Origin: Squalus acanthias
Lineage: Eukaryota
NCBI GenBank assembly: GCA_030390025.1
Contig: CM059432.1
Location: forward strand, 92,444,001-92,508,000
Reading direction: 5' to 3'
DNA: 64,000 nt
The notes under the pieces were generated by a model, which saw only the letters and a list, made by a program, of their open reading frames with translations, was not told the DNA's origin and ran no database searches. Below are positions 24,071-35,829 of the stretch, in pieces; within the stretch, counting starts at the first letter, position 1; every line of letters starts with the position of its first letter. The translations under genes were made by a program, and so were the position numbers.

Positions 24071-25007
24071 TTACATATAGATATCCTGTAGTGGCTGTTC
24101 ATTGCTTGGTTCAATAGTGACTACAGCAACCGGCATCATTCTGTCCATAGTTGCCTTACAACATGCATTTAAAATCATCAATGTAACACAGAATGCTATT
24201 CCAATTACAAGAATAATTATCAGTCCATGCATCAAATATGAAACCCATGATCCCCCAAACAACCATTCCCACCAGTTTGCTCCTGCGGTTTCGTGTAACT
24301 TCCGAACTTCCCTCTGTATGTGCTCAGCCAAATCAGTTATATTTTCTGAACTGTCAGGAATGTATGTACAGCACTCTGTCCCAATCAATGCACATGTTCC
24401 CCCCTTTTCTGCTAGGAGGTAATCAAGTGCCATTCGGTTCTGTAGCGTCACTGTCCTTATCGCTACCATCTCGGCGTTAATGTCTATTAGAGCTTCTGCT
24501 GTATCATTCCCAACCTGTTCTAAAACCTCTGCCAACAACCGTATCTCTTTAATAGCTCTCGCGACTCCATATGGGGGTAGATAGATCGCGAAGTATCTTT
24601 CAGCCTCATTAATTTCTCGTTTATAACGATAGGCTGGGTGTTCCTTGAGGTTTAGGCAGTGATGTACAAAGGGTACGACATACCCCAATGAAGTAAGTGT
24701 TATTATAGGCTTCATAACTACTCCATATGTTATTCATTATCATGATTTTACCCTTCCATGGCACCCCCCCACTGGTCATGTTTGGAATTGTACCGAGATT
24801 CCACGTCCCATACGTGAAGGTTGCACCACCGTACCCACTCCTGGTCACCTTTAATTCATATTTCTGCGCGCATTTACTCCAACCCAATGTGAAGCAAATC
24901 AGAATGATGCATAATGCCCAGACCAATCCCCTTACCCATTCCCATTCTGTATACGGTATCCACTCTTCCTCACTCCTTATACCCGGTATTTGTTTTGTTG
25001 CGTCCAT
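24071..25007 (-). pseudogene. env: Gamma-type retroviral env: shortened, frameshifted SU and open TM
   Basis: ORF 24621..25007 has a hydrophobic signal-like LVWALCIILICFTLGWS. ORF 24071..24715 has furin site RYKR, ISD LQNRMALDYLLAEKGG, CX6CC (CALIGTECC) and a membrane anchor. Confidence 0.9.
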
Positions 25008-25019
25008 TTCTACACTGGT

Positions 25020-25620
25020 GAAGGGTTATAGGTCTTAGCTGGGTCCAGTGTTTCCACCTTCCCATTCCCTTTATATCAATACAGGCACACGTGTCTCCAC
25101 TGATAAGGGCTTGATAAGGACCGGACCACCTTGGGGCAAACCCCTGCTTTGCAGGCAGGACCTTAACCATTACTTTCGTTCCTGCAGAGGGAACATTTGT
25201 TAACGCAGTCAAGTCTAAATTTTTATCCTTTTCTTCCTGTCTTTCTCTAACCTGCTGTCTCATTTCTTTTAACTGCTTGCTTAATTCAAGGACATACCGG
25301 CGGATCCTGTCCTGTAAGGGTCCTAGTTCCTCTCCTCCCGTTATAATTCCATAAGGGAGTTGCATTGCTCGCCCTGTCATTAATTCATAGGGAGATAAGC
25401 CTGTCGTTCGATTAGGGATAGCTCGTAATTTCATCAGGACTGCGGGCATTGGTAGGGGTCCTGTAAAGTCTATTTGTATCTTTCCCAGGGACCCCTTGGT
25501 CTTGGCTGATGGGCCATCTGTATTTTTACCGGCCATCCTGGATTATATTGTGCACACGTTAGGCACCTCTGACGGTATTTTGCTACATCCCTCCCTACAC
25601 CTGTACACTAGCTACCGCCT
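25020..25620 (-). pseudogene. pol: Retroviral integrase remnant with catalytic core deleted
   Basis: CLTCAQYN zinc-finger cysteines; IQIDFTGPLP fused directly to PAVLMKLRA..TGLSPYELMTGR; C-terminal PRWSGPYQ and WKHWTQ. Confidence 0.85.
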
Positions 25621-25624
25621 CTAT

Positions 25625-26335
25625 AACCCTTTCTTGATTTAATGCTTGTTGTGTTGCTAAATCTGCCGCTCTGTTTCCTTCCTGTTGAGGGGTTTCTATC
25701 TTCTGATGGGCTTTTATAGAAACATAGAAACATAGAAACTAGGAGCAGGAGTAGGCCATTCGGCCCGTCGTGCTTGCTCCACCATTCAATACGATCATGG
25801 CTGATCATCCAAATCCAGTACCCTGTCCCTGCTTTCCCACACAGAATCCCCATCGAGCCTGCACCGACACATATCCCACCCTATCCCCGTAACCCCACGT
25901 ATTTAATTCCCCCTAACATATCCCATCCTATCCCCGTAACCCCACATATTTAATCCCCCCCTAACACTAAGGGTCAATTTATCATAGCCAAATCAACCTA
26001 ACCCGCACATTTTTGGACTGTGGGAGGAAACCGGAGCACCCGGAGGAAACCCACGCAGACACGGGGAGAATGTGCAAACTCCACACAGACAGTCACCCGA
26101 GGCCAGATTCGAACCCGGGTCCCTGGCGCTGTGAGGCACCAGTGCTAACCACTATGCCACCGTGCCGCCCATCTTTACTACTGCTGCCCGTGTGGGAGCT
26201 TTCGCGGCTTCTAAAAGGGCTTCTATCTGTTGTTGATGTTTAATGTGGTCTCCACCTGTTGTGACAAACCCTCGTCTCCCCCAAGCTGTTATATAATCAT
26301 GTACTACCCCGAATGCATATCTGCTATCCGTTCCT
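25625..26335 (-). pseudogene. pol: Retroviral RNase H, split by an HE1 SINE
   Basis: TDSRYAFGVVHD..WGRRGF..AAVVK | IKAHQ..GNRAAD. The frame rejoins when 25718-26170 is removed. Confidence 0.85.
25718..26170 (-). mobile_element. HE1-type V-SINE
   Basis: tRNA head with A box TGGCATAGTGG and B box GGTTCGAATC; V-domain GGGTTTCCTCCGGGTGCTCCGGTTTCCTCCCAC; CR1 tail (TTTCTATG)n. Confidence 0.9.
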
Positions 26336-26734
26336 GGCTGCATGTTGTCAGTCTCTGTTCTAAGAATTAAAACCCATCTTTGAATCTAACAGTTATTTCT
26401 TACAATTCCCTTCTTTGAGAAGGAAATATCCTTATTGACTTCTCACAATCGGCTCTTGACTAATCTAGCTAGTTCTTATTGCTCTCTCAACTCGGGCGTT
26501 AGTTAGTAGGGATTCTTGAAGATTTCTCCCTTCCAACAGTCCATTCCTTGGAGGAGAAGGAGCAACCTCTGACCCCTTACTCAAATTCAATTCATTGTTC
26601 CGGTGTTCCAATTCTGCCCCGCCTGGGGTATCCTCTGTTTCTTCTATCTTTCCTGATGTTACCCCGCCTGGGGTCTCCTCTACATTGCTTTGGATCTTCT
26701 CTTTCGGTGTGCTCAATTAATTTGTTGGTGCTGG

Positions 26735-27900
26735 TTAGTCATAGGCATGAGTACCCAATTGGCTTATGTATCTTACTACATAGGTTACATATATCAAATA
26801 CACTATCATTACAAGTTGGAGAACTACCAGAGCGTGTGAAATAATACGAACGTAAGGGTGCGCTGATGTATTAAGCCCAATATCCCACCAGTGTGAGTTG
26901 TCCCCTATGCTGTCAATTTCAATATCTATTCTCGAATTGTCTTGCTCCAAAACATAAAAATGCTTTAGGGAGGAGTTCAGTCGCATCATGAGCTCACTGA
27001 AACCCTCAAACAACAGGGGAATGTCGTATCTGCGTATCCGAATTGTGCCACATAATTGTGTAACTTATACTTAAAAACGTGTTGGTTGATGGGACAGGTC
27101 CTGTTAGACCCATAAAGCATGGTAATTGCAGTAGTAGTGACACAGGAGGCACCACCAAAACCACCTCATACTGGATTCGCACTGGTTTTTCCCACGCTCT
27201 GTTACCTACAAAACACAATTATTACAGTCACAGTTAAATTCAGTCTTACAATCATTTCAAGCGACATTACAGTTTAACATCTAGTCAACAAATCATGGAC
27301 TTAAAAGATTCTCCAGATCTCTCTTTTACTCATATCCATCTTGTGGATAATTCTTACTAAACATGATTTCTCCTTAGCCCTCAATTGTCCCAATCCAGAT
27401 TCCATGTAACTCTCCACTTCAACTTCAATTTCAATCCCTCTAACAGGTACCAGTGTATTTAACTCTATTCTGATTGTTTCATTAATTAGATAGTTTCTCG
27501 ACGGAGTACGTGTCAATGCTTTAAAAGTTGTCTTGCTCTCCTGAACCACATTAGCCATTTCATGTTTTGCTGTTATCAAGTAACTGAGCATGTCTGAGAC
27601 CCGTTCTTCAGTGCAGATTCAACATACATTCCCAGATGGCAACTGCCTCACATGTAACAAATCGCATTTGCACACTCATATCGGTATCTCCACATCATGC
27701 CACATGTGCCTTTCTCAGGCCTTCAGGTATCTTATCAAAAGATTGTCTGGAGGTCTTTGTTCATCTTCCTCTGCATGGTCCCGATGTCTTGGATAGTGGC
27801 CAGGCTATCAAATTCAGGTTTCTTAAAAAGTTCATTATAGGCAGGGACACAAATGTCTCCAAGAGAAAGCTATCAATTTACTATTCTTAGCTACTCCTTC
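26735..27900 (-). pseudogene. Second env-like gene remnant (non-gamma, possibly F-type/lokiretrovirus-like)
   Basis: Frameshifted pieces: DIGTMQRKMNKDLQ, GFGGASCVTTT..YG..TCPI, then heptad LMMRLNSSLKHFYVLEQDNSRIDIEI, WW motif and TM helix IISHALVVLQLVMIVYLIYV. No ISD or CX6CC. Confidence 0.55.
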
Positions 27901-28689
27901 CTGACTTTCACTAAGAAGTTTGGAAAATTCTCAATTGGTGGTGTAATTCTCCTGTTTCTATCTCACCCTCAATCACTTCCTTTCTCCATTTTACACATCC
28001 TATTAATTACCATTCATATCTCATTCATGAGCCCTGGAGGAACTTTACTGTCCAGTACAATATTTAAGATTGAAAACATAGATCAAACATTCTCACTTGG
28101 TCCAAGTTATTAACACTTTTTATTTATCATTATTTTAGAGGATCTTTTATTTTCCCAAAAGTAACCCAATATATAGTGCCTGAGTTCATTTTGTCATTTC
28201 AAAATTATCCCGAAATCCAAACAGCAGTACTGTTGAACTGACAGGTTTTGTCAATGTTCAATTTCATTTCTATAACTTAAACAGCTGTCAGTGGAAAGGG
28301 TTAACTCCTTTGCAGGGGTTTTTTTAAGAAGGCGGAGCGAAACATTGTCAGACGCACGCAATTGCGTCATTTCACGTAACTGAACATGAACAGAAAAAAC
28401 AAAACAAACCAGTACATGCTTGTAGAAAACCATAAATTACATCATATTTCTTATTGTCCTTTCTTCAGATGCCTTTCCAAAATACTGTAAAAACATTGGA
28501 GAAAAATTAGTTTTTCACATTTAAGCAAATCAAATCAAACTGCTTTGGAAGATTTCACCATAGCAACCGCGACTCCAAGGTTAAATCTTAGACCGAAACT
28601 TAATCTTTGTTAAACAAACTTTTGTTGTTCTTCTCAGTTTTACACACCAGCTTAACTTAAATTGTAGTTCAAAGTTTTTTTTCAATTCT

Positions 28690-28925
28690 TGTGGCACAAT
28701 CTATTGCAGCCACACATCGTGGCATTGCCTTCGCTACTGGATCCCTCTTTAACTAACCGTTGAATCGGCTCTGCTTTCCCTGCAAAGTCTGATATAAAAT
28801 TCTTGTCTATCCCTGACAGTAAAGGCGAATTTCCCTTGTGATTCCTCTGCCAATGGTATGGACCAGAACCCGTTCTGTATCCAAGACTGTAAATATTTTA
28901 AAGTCTGGTTTCAGACCATTAAATA
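28690..28925 (-). pseudogene. pol: Retroviral reverse transcriptase/connection fragments
   Basis: Manual translation: FKIFTVLD.QNGFWSIPLAEESQGKFAFT, FISDFAGKAEPIQRLV and DPVAKAMPRC, joined by deletions. Confidence 0.75.
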
Positions 28926-29544
28926 TCTTATTCAATGTGGTCTACACAAATTTACACCAACCAGAATTTCACCGTGCACAATAAAAGTCTGGTTTTAATA
29001 GGTTAATTAACCTCAATAACTCCAATTCAATCTGGATCAAAATTTTCTTTTAAACTAACCAGTATCACTTGGAAAAGAAAGAAACCATAGCCACATTAAC
29101 AAAGAAACAATTACCCATGCCTTGTCCATCATTCAAAACAAGTCTTCAAAGGGTTAAACAGCTTTTAGCTCGCTGTACAAAAGAGTGGGTGGAGCCAAAA
29201 CAAAAATGACAGACACCTTTTTAAAGACAGACATTCAGACAAAAGAAATACTGCAACTCCTTAAACATTCACAGTCAGGAAAACTCTCACACTTTAACAC
29301 ACACTTTCACACAAACTTAGATCCCAGCATTCCTTTTAAGATTCCTTTCACTCAACAAATCTTGTGTTTTATTTGTCTCGGCACAGACATTAATAACTTC
29401 CATGTCGGTAAAACTTTAAATTTCTCTCTTTTTTCTTTTTACATAGGTGTCTCAGCAGCTTTCCTGGCTTTCCAAATCCTTTTTTTTTGTCTAAGCTGAG
29501 TTTTCAGATTGGTTAGCCTGCAAATTAGATCTTTTCCTTCTTTA

Positions 29545-29685
29545 TCTTTGGTTTGTCGGACGGGGAAAATCAGTTAAAGATACTGATGCTCCTGTATCAG
29601 CTAGCATTTCACACGATTGGCCCCCTAATAATGCTGCAACATAGACTCGGTTGTCCGAGCTTCCTGTGACTGGGGCCGCCTCCCG
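29545..29685 (-). pseudogene. pro: Retroviral aspartic protease, N-terminal half
   Basis: In frame after the gag TGA: REAAPVTGSSDNRVYVAALLGGQSCEMLADTGASVS, with the DTG catalytic motif. Confidence 0.85.
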
Positions 29686-30100
29686 TCATTGACTCTTTCC
29701 CTTAAACTTAAGATACTCAATAAAGTCCTTTCTTTCCTCCGGACTAAGATAAGTGCCCTGTGTCTGGTCCACCTCTCCTTTCTTCCAGCAGTTGTAAATC
29801 TGGTGTCCTAGCTTACCACAATAGTCACATCCCCCTTTCTTTCCACTCCTGCAATCCTTCGCCATATGTCCCACTTTTCCACAAGTATAACAGCTCCCCT
29901 GAATCCTCATCATTTCTGTTTCCTTTATCTGTCTTTTCCATTCGTTCTAGTGTGCTTTCTAACTCGGCTATTTCCTTTCTTGTCTATTTCCTCTATCTGT
30001 CAATTCTATCCGTTCTAGTGTGCTTTTTAACTCGGCTATTTTCCTTTCTTGTTCTTCCATCTTACTAGTTTGTGTCACTATTTTCTTTTCTTGTATAATG
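29686..30100 (-). pseudogene. gag: gag C-terminal/nucleocapsid remnant
   Basis: Two CCHC knuckles, CYTCGKVGHMAKDC and CDYCGKLGHQIYNC, in ORF 29686..29913. ~70-bp duplication at 29935-30060. Confidence 0.85.
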
Positions 30101-30159
30101 TATTAATATCCTCATCTAACTTTATCAGCATAACCCTCTCTTCTCTTCTCCTTCATATG

Positions 30160-30540
30160 CTTATCTAGCCTACCCTGAAATGCATCCATACAATTCGCTT
30201 CAACCACTTCCTGTGGTAGCGAGTTCCACATTCTCAGGGTAAAGAAGTTTCTTCTGAATTCCCTATTTGATTTCTTGGTGATTTATTGCTGGCCTCGAGT
30301 TTTGCTCTTCCCCACAAGTGGAAACACTCTCTTTGTGTCTATTCTATCAAAACCTTTTGTAATTTTAAAGACCTCTATTAGGTCACCCCCTCAGCCTTCC
30401 CTTTTCAACAGAAAAGAGAGCCAGACAGTTCATCCTTTCCTGATAGGTATAACCTCACATTTCTGGTATCATCCTTGTAAATATTTTTTGCACCCTCTCC
30501 AGTGCCTCTATAGCCTTTTTATAATATGGCGACCAGAATT
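30160..30540 (-). mobile_element. CR1 LINE 3' fragment
   Basis: Reverse complement of the CR1 ORF2 C-terminus and 3'UTR. Confidence 0.75.
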
Positions 30541-30605
30541 GGCATTTCTACTTGTGATACCCACGCAAGCACATGTTGACTCCTCTAGTGATGAGTATAC
30601 ACTTT

Positions 30606-32328
30606 GGGCTGAATTTTGCCAGCGCTCAGAGGGTGGTTTCGGAGGTGGGTCTGCTGTCAAAATCATAAAGATTGACAGCGGGGCGGTATCCTGCTCTAAA
30701 CCCTCCTCCTTATGAGTTTCCCTAGTGCCGGCTCTGCCTGAGCTTTGCAGACACGGCACTAAGCGGCGGGCCATGCGATTGTGCTAGTTAAGGGGGTGTT
30801 TAAAGCAATTTAATCACCATTTTACCAGGTACAAAGCATTTTGCCAAGTTTTCCATGAGGTTCCCGTCACTCGGGGATCACGCCAGGTAAGTATGTCGGG
30901 TTCTGAACAACTCTCCATTTCTTTGAATAGGTGACAGCTGCAAAAGTGGTTTAAAACCTGCCATTTTACAGCTGGTCACTTTCCAATCTCAGAAGCTGGA
31001 GCATTAATGATTTGGAATCCACTTTTGAGCTTTATGCACTTTTGAAGTGTTTGGAGTAATCTCTCTATCCACTGTCACCTCCTTGGAACAACCTATCTCA
31101 AGATTACTTCTGTCATCTCAACCTCACCTGCCATCTATTCCATCAGCATCGGTGCCCTTGAAAAAATCTCACCTTGGTCCTCAGAATCCCAACACAATCA
31201 GCCCCAACGCCAACATCACCGGGCACACCAGCGACACCAACATCCACACCAACCTTCTCCGCATCATCACCCGTGCACATTGCTGCCCAGGACACCAGCG
31301 ATGGCCTCACCATGTCCAGATTTGCTTCACTTAACACTGTACACCCTGGCTGCCACATGATGCACCAGGTTGGCACCACCCCAGACCAGCACCATAAAGC
31401 ATCCCTACAATGTCCAAGCCATTCCTTTCACAGTCATCACCATTGTGGGGTGGAACATTAAGTCTCACCATTCACTGGAACTCACTAAGCCACTTCCAAA
31501 GCTGCACATAAATCTGTCCAAGAACGCAAAGTGTTCAAAATAGAGATTTCAATGTTTGACAGCACATTAACAGAAACTTCACATGAACATTGGATAAACC
31601 ACCCAAGTGCCTACCCTTGTGTGTTCTTAGTTGGTATGCTTGCAGTAGGATGAGGGTGAGTGTGAGGGGTGGCTAGTGAGACGGGGAAGTGATAATGTAG
31701 ATAGAGAGGGATGGGTGGAGGTGCAAGGTAAGTTGGTGTGAGTGAAGATGTGCAAGAGTAGGGTAGGGAAGGCAGAGTGATGGGGATGTGATGAGTGGCA
31801 CAGCAGGATGAGGTTGAGTGTGGCTTAGCAGTAACGTTTCGTGATCTACTAAGATCATTGAAAGGTTTGCACCACTGCAGCCTGGTCCTCCTGACGACAT
31901 CCCTGCTTGTGCCCTCCTGTGCAATGTGCAACCAGACTGCGTTGGTCTCCTGGACAGGTGTCTTCTGTCTATTAGAAGGGAAGAGAACCTCCCTGCAAGC
32001 ATATGGAGGGAGTCATGGGAGAGCCTGGGTGCAGCCGTGCACCTTTGTGCAGTGCTTGTCAGTGTTTGCAGCACCTCAATGCTGTAGAACACTGACAGCA
32101 CAACTGTCAAAATCAATGTGGACATGGCCCCTTTAAGGAAACCGGCTGATGACGCGTCATCAGATGACGTCATCAGACCCGCTTTCTTTGAATTGGCCGG
32201 GAACCTCGCAGGGCGGGCTTAACAAGCCCAATCAGGGAAAAATCACTTGGAGGAGGCGGGATGAAGACAGGTGCGGAGTTGAGGCCACTGTCCGCACCGG
32301 ACTCGCCATGGCTGGCAAAATCGCGGCC
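30606..32328. mobile_element. Non-autonomous Harbinger element with Myb remnant on minus
   Basis: TIRs GGGCTGAATTTTGCCAGC / GCTGGCAAAATCGCGGCC, TTT on both flanks. Myb-like AAPRLSHDSL and WLHIAQE..RRT..CKPFNDL at ~31840-32040. Confidence 0.8.
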
Positions 32329-32867
32329 TTTATTTTTAAAATTAAAAAATAGATACATTTTCGAGATGTGGGTGTCGCTGACAAGGCCAGCTTTTATTGC
32401 CCATCCCTAAGTTTAGGGTTGCTAACTCTGGTTGGATGTATACCTGGAGGTTTCATCACATGACTTTCTACCTCCATCCACCCCGCCGACAAACTCCTGT
32501 CATCGGTCATCCTCACTGCGCCCTCCCACGCCAATTGGACAGTACTCCAAGTGTGGTCTAACCAAGGTTCAATACAAGTTTAGCGTAACTTCCCTACTTT
32601 TCAATTCTATCCCTCTGGAAATAAACCCTCGTGCTTGGTTTGCTTTTTTTATGACGTTATTAACCTGAGTAATGAGTAATGAAGAGTTTGTTCACTTTAG
32701 CCCACGTTTCCAGGCTATTTTCATTGGCCCCGATGCTGTCATCCTCACAACCAGCAATGAAGCGGAGCGCTCTGAGTAACGGGGAGACCATCAGAACTCA
32801 GACAAGGCAGTTTGGTTGCACGCCACGACAGCCACAATACTGCACACGCGCGAACAGTGCAAAGGAG

Positions 32868-33078
32868 AAAAGTGAGAAGTCGCACAACACCAGGTTATAG
32901 TCCAACAGTTTTATTTGAAATCACAAGCTTTCGGAGCGCTGCTCCTTCATCAGGTCACCTGACGAAGGAGCAGCAGCTCCGAAAGCTTGTGATTTCAAAT
33001 AAAACTGTTGGACTATAACCTGGTGTTGTGCGACTTCTCACTTTTGTCCACCCCAGTCCAACACCGGCATCTCCGCAT
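32868..33078 (+). mobile_element. Penelope-derived fold-back mini-element with hammerhead cores, copy 2
   Basis: ~88-bp inverted arms centred at ~32956. 13-bp direct repeat CAGTGCAAAGGAG at 32855-67 and 33079-91. Near-identical to copy 1 in opposite orientation. Confidence 0.8.
32955..32992 (+). ncRNA. Minimal type I hammerhead ribozyme motif
   Basis: TCAC-CTGACGA-AGGAGC AGCA GCTCC-GAAA-GCTT-GTGA: stem I TCAC/GTGA, stem II GGAGC/GCTCC, palindromic AAGCTT. Confidence 0.65.
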
Positions 33079-33670
33079 CAGTGCAAAGGAGGATTCTTTC
33101 TTCCGAGTCATCAGCAGCAGCGCTCAGGAGACCAGTCGCCAATTCTGGTCAACTCCAGCCTAAAGTGGGAGGGTTAGGAACCCTCGTCACAAGTGCTGGA
33201 GATGTGACTGAGGCTGAGGAAGGCTCCATGACAAAATGGTTACAGAGTGGCAACCTTGCCTTAAGGTGATAATATATATTGTATTAAGTCTGTAATGTGG
33301 ATGGAACCTGCAGTAACTTGCCATTAATTTAGACTTGGTGTTGGTAGGGAAAATTAAATAATTAAGCCTAGATTTTCAGATTTCTGTTATTTTAATACCA
33401 GTTAAACTAAATGTATTAATACTCACATTAAAATAAAGTCAATTGGTAAATCTAGGCATTATTATCCAGCCATTAGCAATGTCAGATCTGACAGCACCTC
33501 AGTCCTGATACCCCAATGTTGCATACAGATTAGGCCTCGGTGAAGCATGTTTTCCTGTGTTAAAGGTGCTATATAAATGCAAGTTATTGTTGTTATCAGC
33601 TCTATTAAGTGCATTCAGCCATAACAAGTATGTTCATAGTGGTGGATGAATTAAGGTTTTACAATATGCT

Positions 33671-34106
33671 GGGCAACACGGTGGCATAGTGGTTAGCACT
33701 GGTGCCTCACAGCGCCAGAGACCCGGGTTCGAATCTGACCTCGGGTGACTGTCTGTGTGGAGTTTGCACATTCTCCCCGTGTCTGCGTGGGTTTCCTCCG
33801 GGTGCTCCGGTTTCCTCCCACAGTCCAAAAATGTGTGGGTTAGGTTGATTTGGCTATGATAAATTGACCCTTAGTGTTAGGGGGGATTAAATATGTGGGG
33901 TTATGGGGATAGGATGGGATATGTTAGGGGGAATTAAATACGTGGGGTTACGGGGGTAGGGTGGGATATGTGTACTGTGGGGATTAAAGCAGGGACAGGG
34001 TACTGGATTTGGATGATCAGCCATGATCGTATTGAATGGCGGAGCAGGCTCGACGGGCCGAATGGCCTACTCCTGCTCCTAGATTCTATGTTTCTATATG
34101 TTTCTA
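33671..34106 (+). mobile_element. HE1-type V-SINE, young full-length copy
   Basis: A and B boxes, V-domain, duplicated GT-rich segment and CR1 tail. Confidence 0.92.
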
Positions 34107-34235
34107 AGATGCATATATATTATAAAAGTTCCATAGAAGAGGAGACAGAGATCTGTCGGACAGCTAATGTTGTTCCTATATAAAAAAAGGGAGATAGAAC
34201 AAAACCCGAGACCTATAGATCAGTCAGCTTAACAC

Positions 34236-34637
34236 TCTGTGCTCATTGACGTACATTGGCTTCCGGTCCGGAAACGCCTCAATTTTAACATTCTCATACT
34301 TGTTTCCAAATCCCTCCATTGCCTCACACCTCCCTATCTCTGTAATCTCCTCCAGCCTTACAACCTTCTGAGATCTCTGCGTTCCTCCAATTCTGGCCTC
34401 TTGGAGAGCCCCATTTCTTCAGCTGCCAAGGCCTGAAGCTCTGGAATCGTCTCCCTAAACCTCTTCGCTTCTCTACCTCTCTTTCCTCCTTTAAGACGCT
34501 CCTTAAAACCTACCTCTCATCTATCCTAATATCTCCTTATGTGGCTCGGTGTCAAATTTTGTTGATAATGCTCATGTAAAGCACCTTGGGACATTTAACT
34601 ACGTTAAAGGTGCTATATAAATGCAAGTTGTTGTTGT
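34236..34637 (+). mobile_element. L2 LINE 3' end
   Basis: HWLPVRKRLNFNILIL..PPYL..LRSLRSS; tail GCTATATAAATGCAAG(TTG)n. Confidence 0.85.
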
Positions 34638-35829
34638 AGTGATAGGAAAGATACTGGACTTTATACTAAAATAAGTGATAGAAGAGCATCTAGAGACAGA
34701 AAATATAATAAAAAATAGTCAGCATGGATTCCGAAAGGCTAAGTCATGCTTAACTAACCTGATAGAATTATTTGAAGAGGTAATGGAAAGAGTAGACAAA
34801 GGTAATGCAGTAGATTTTATATAGTTGGATTTTCAAAATGACTTTGATAAGGTACCACATGGTAGGCTCATGACAAAGGTTAGGGCAGGTGGAGTCAGGG
34901 GACAAATAGCTCAATGGATAGCAAATTGTCTAAAAAATAGAAAGCAGAGAGTTGGGGTAAAGGGTGGTTCTTCAGATTGGAGGAAGGTAGAAAGCAGTGT
35001 TCCACAAGGATCAGTACTGGGACCACTGTTATTCATAATTTACATTAATGATTTGGACTTAGGAACAAGTAACCCAATATCAAAATTTGCAGATGATACC
35101 AAACTGAGGGTATAGCTAACACTGAGGAAGAATGCAACATAATACAAGAAGTCATTAGAAACTGGGCCGTTAAGTGGCAAATGAACTTTAACATAGATAA
35201 ATGTGAGGTGATGCATTTTGGTAGGAAAATAGAAACATCACCTACACCTTAGAAAATAAGAAACTGAATAGGGTAGAAGAGCAAAGGATACAGGTGAACA
35301 AATCATTAACAGCAGCATCAGAGGTCAGCAAAGCAATTAAAAATGCTAACAAAGCACTGGGATTTATTTCTAGAGGTATAGAATTCAAAAGCAGTGAAAT
35401 TACATTAAACTTGTATAGGACCCTGGTCAGCCGCACAGTTCCGGTCTCCATACGATATAAAGGACATAGAAGCACTGGAGGAAGCGTAAAAAAAGGTTTA
35501 CAAGGATGGTACCAGAACTGAGAGATTACAGCTATTGGGAAAGATTGAACAGGTTGGGGCTTTTTTCTGTAGAAAAGAGAAGACTTCAAGGTGGCCTGAT
35601 AGAGGTCGTTAAAATTATGAATGGATTGGACAGGGTAGATGTGGAGAGAATGTTTCCACTTGTGGGGAATCCAAAACTAGGGATCATAAATACAAGATAG
35701 AGAAATCCAATAGGGAAATAAGGAGAAATTTCTTCACTCAGAGAGTGGTTATAATGTGGAATTCGCTACCACAGGAAGTGGTTGCGACAAATAGCTTAGC
35801 TGCTTTCAAAAAGAAACTAGATGAGTACT

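Larger units (their letters stand above)
23270..30100 (-). mobile_element. Endogenous retrovirus (class I, epsilon/gamma-like pol), heavily deleted and mosaic; 5' LTR not found
   Basis: Minus-strand order: gag zinc knuckles, protease, RT fragments, foreign env-like insert, RNase H, integrase, env, PPT, LTR. Confidence 0.9.
32414..33184. mobile_element. Putative hAT-like non-autonomous element hosting CR1 and Penelope inserts
   Basis: Ends TAGGGTTGCTAACTCT / AGGGTTAGGAACCCT are imperfect inverted repeats. No clear TSD. Confidence 0.45.

Noticed and set aside
30100..30540. ERV 5' LTR and primer-binding site
   Set aside because: No sequence matching 23270-23912 was found. The region is a separate CR1 fragment, so no TSD or LTR dating is possible.
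33671..33745. tRNA gene candidates at HE1 and Deu-SINE heads
   Set aside because: They continue into SINE bodies and lack a complete cloverleaf.
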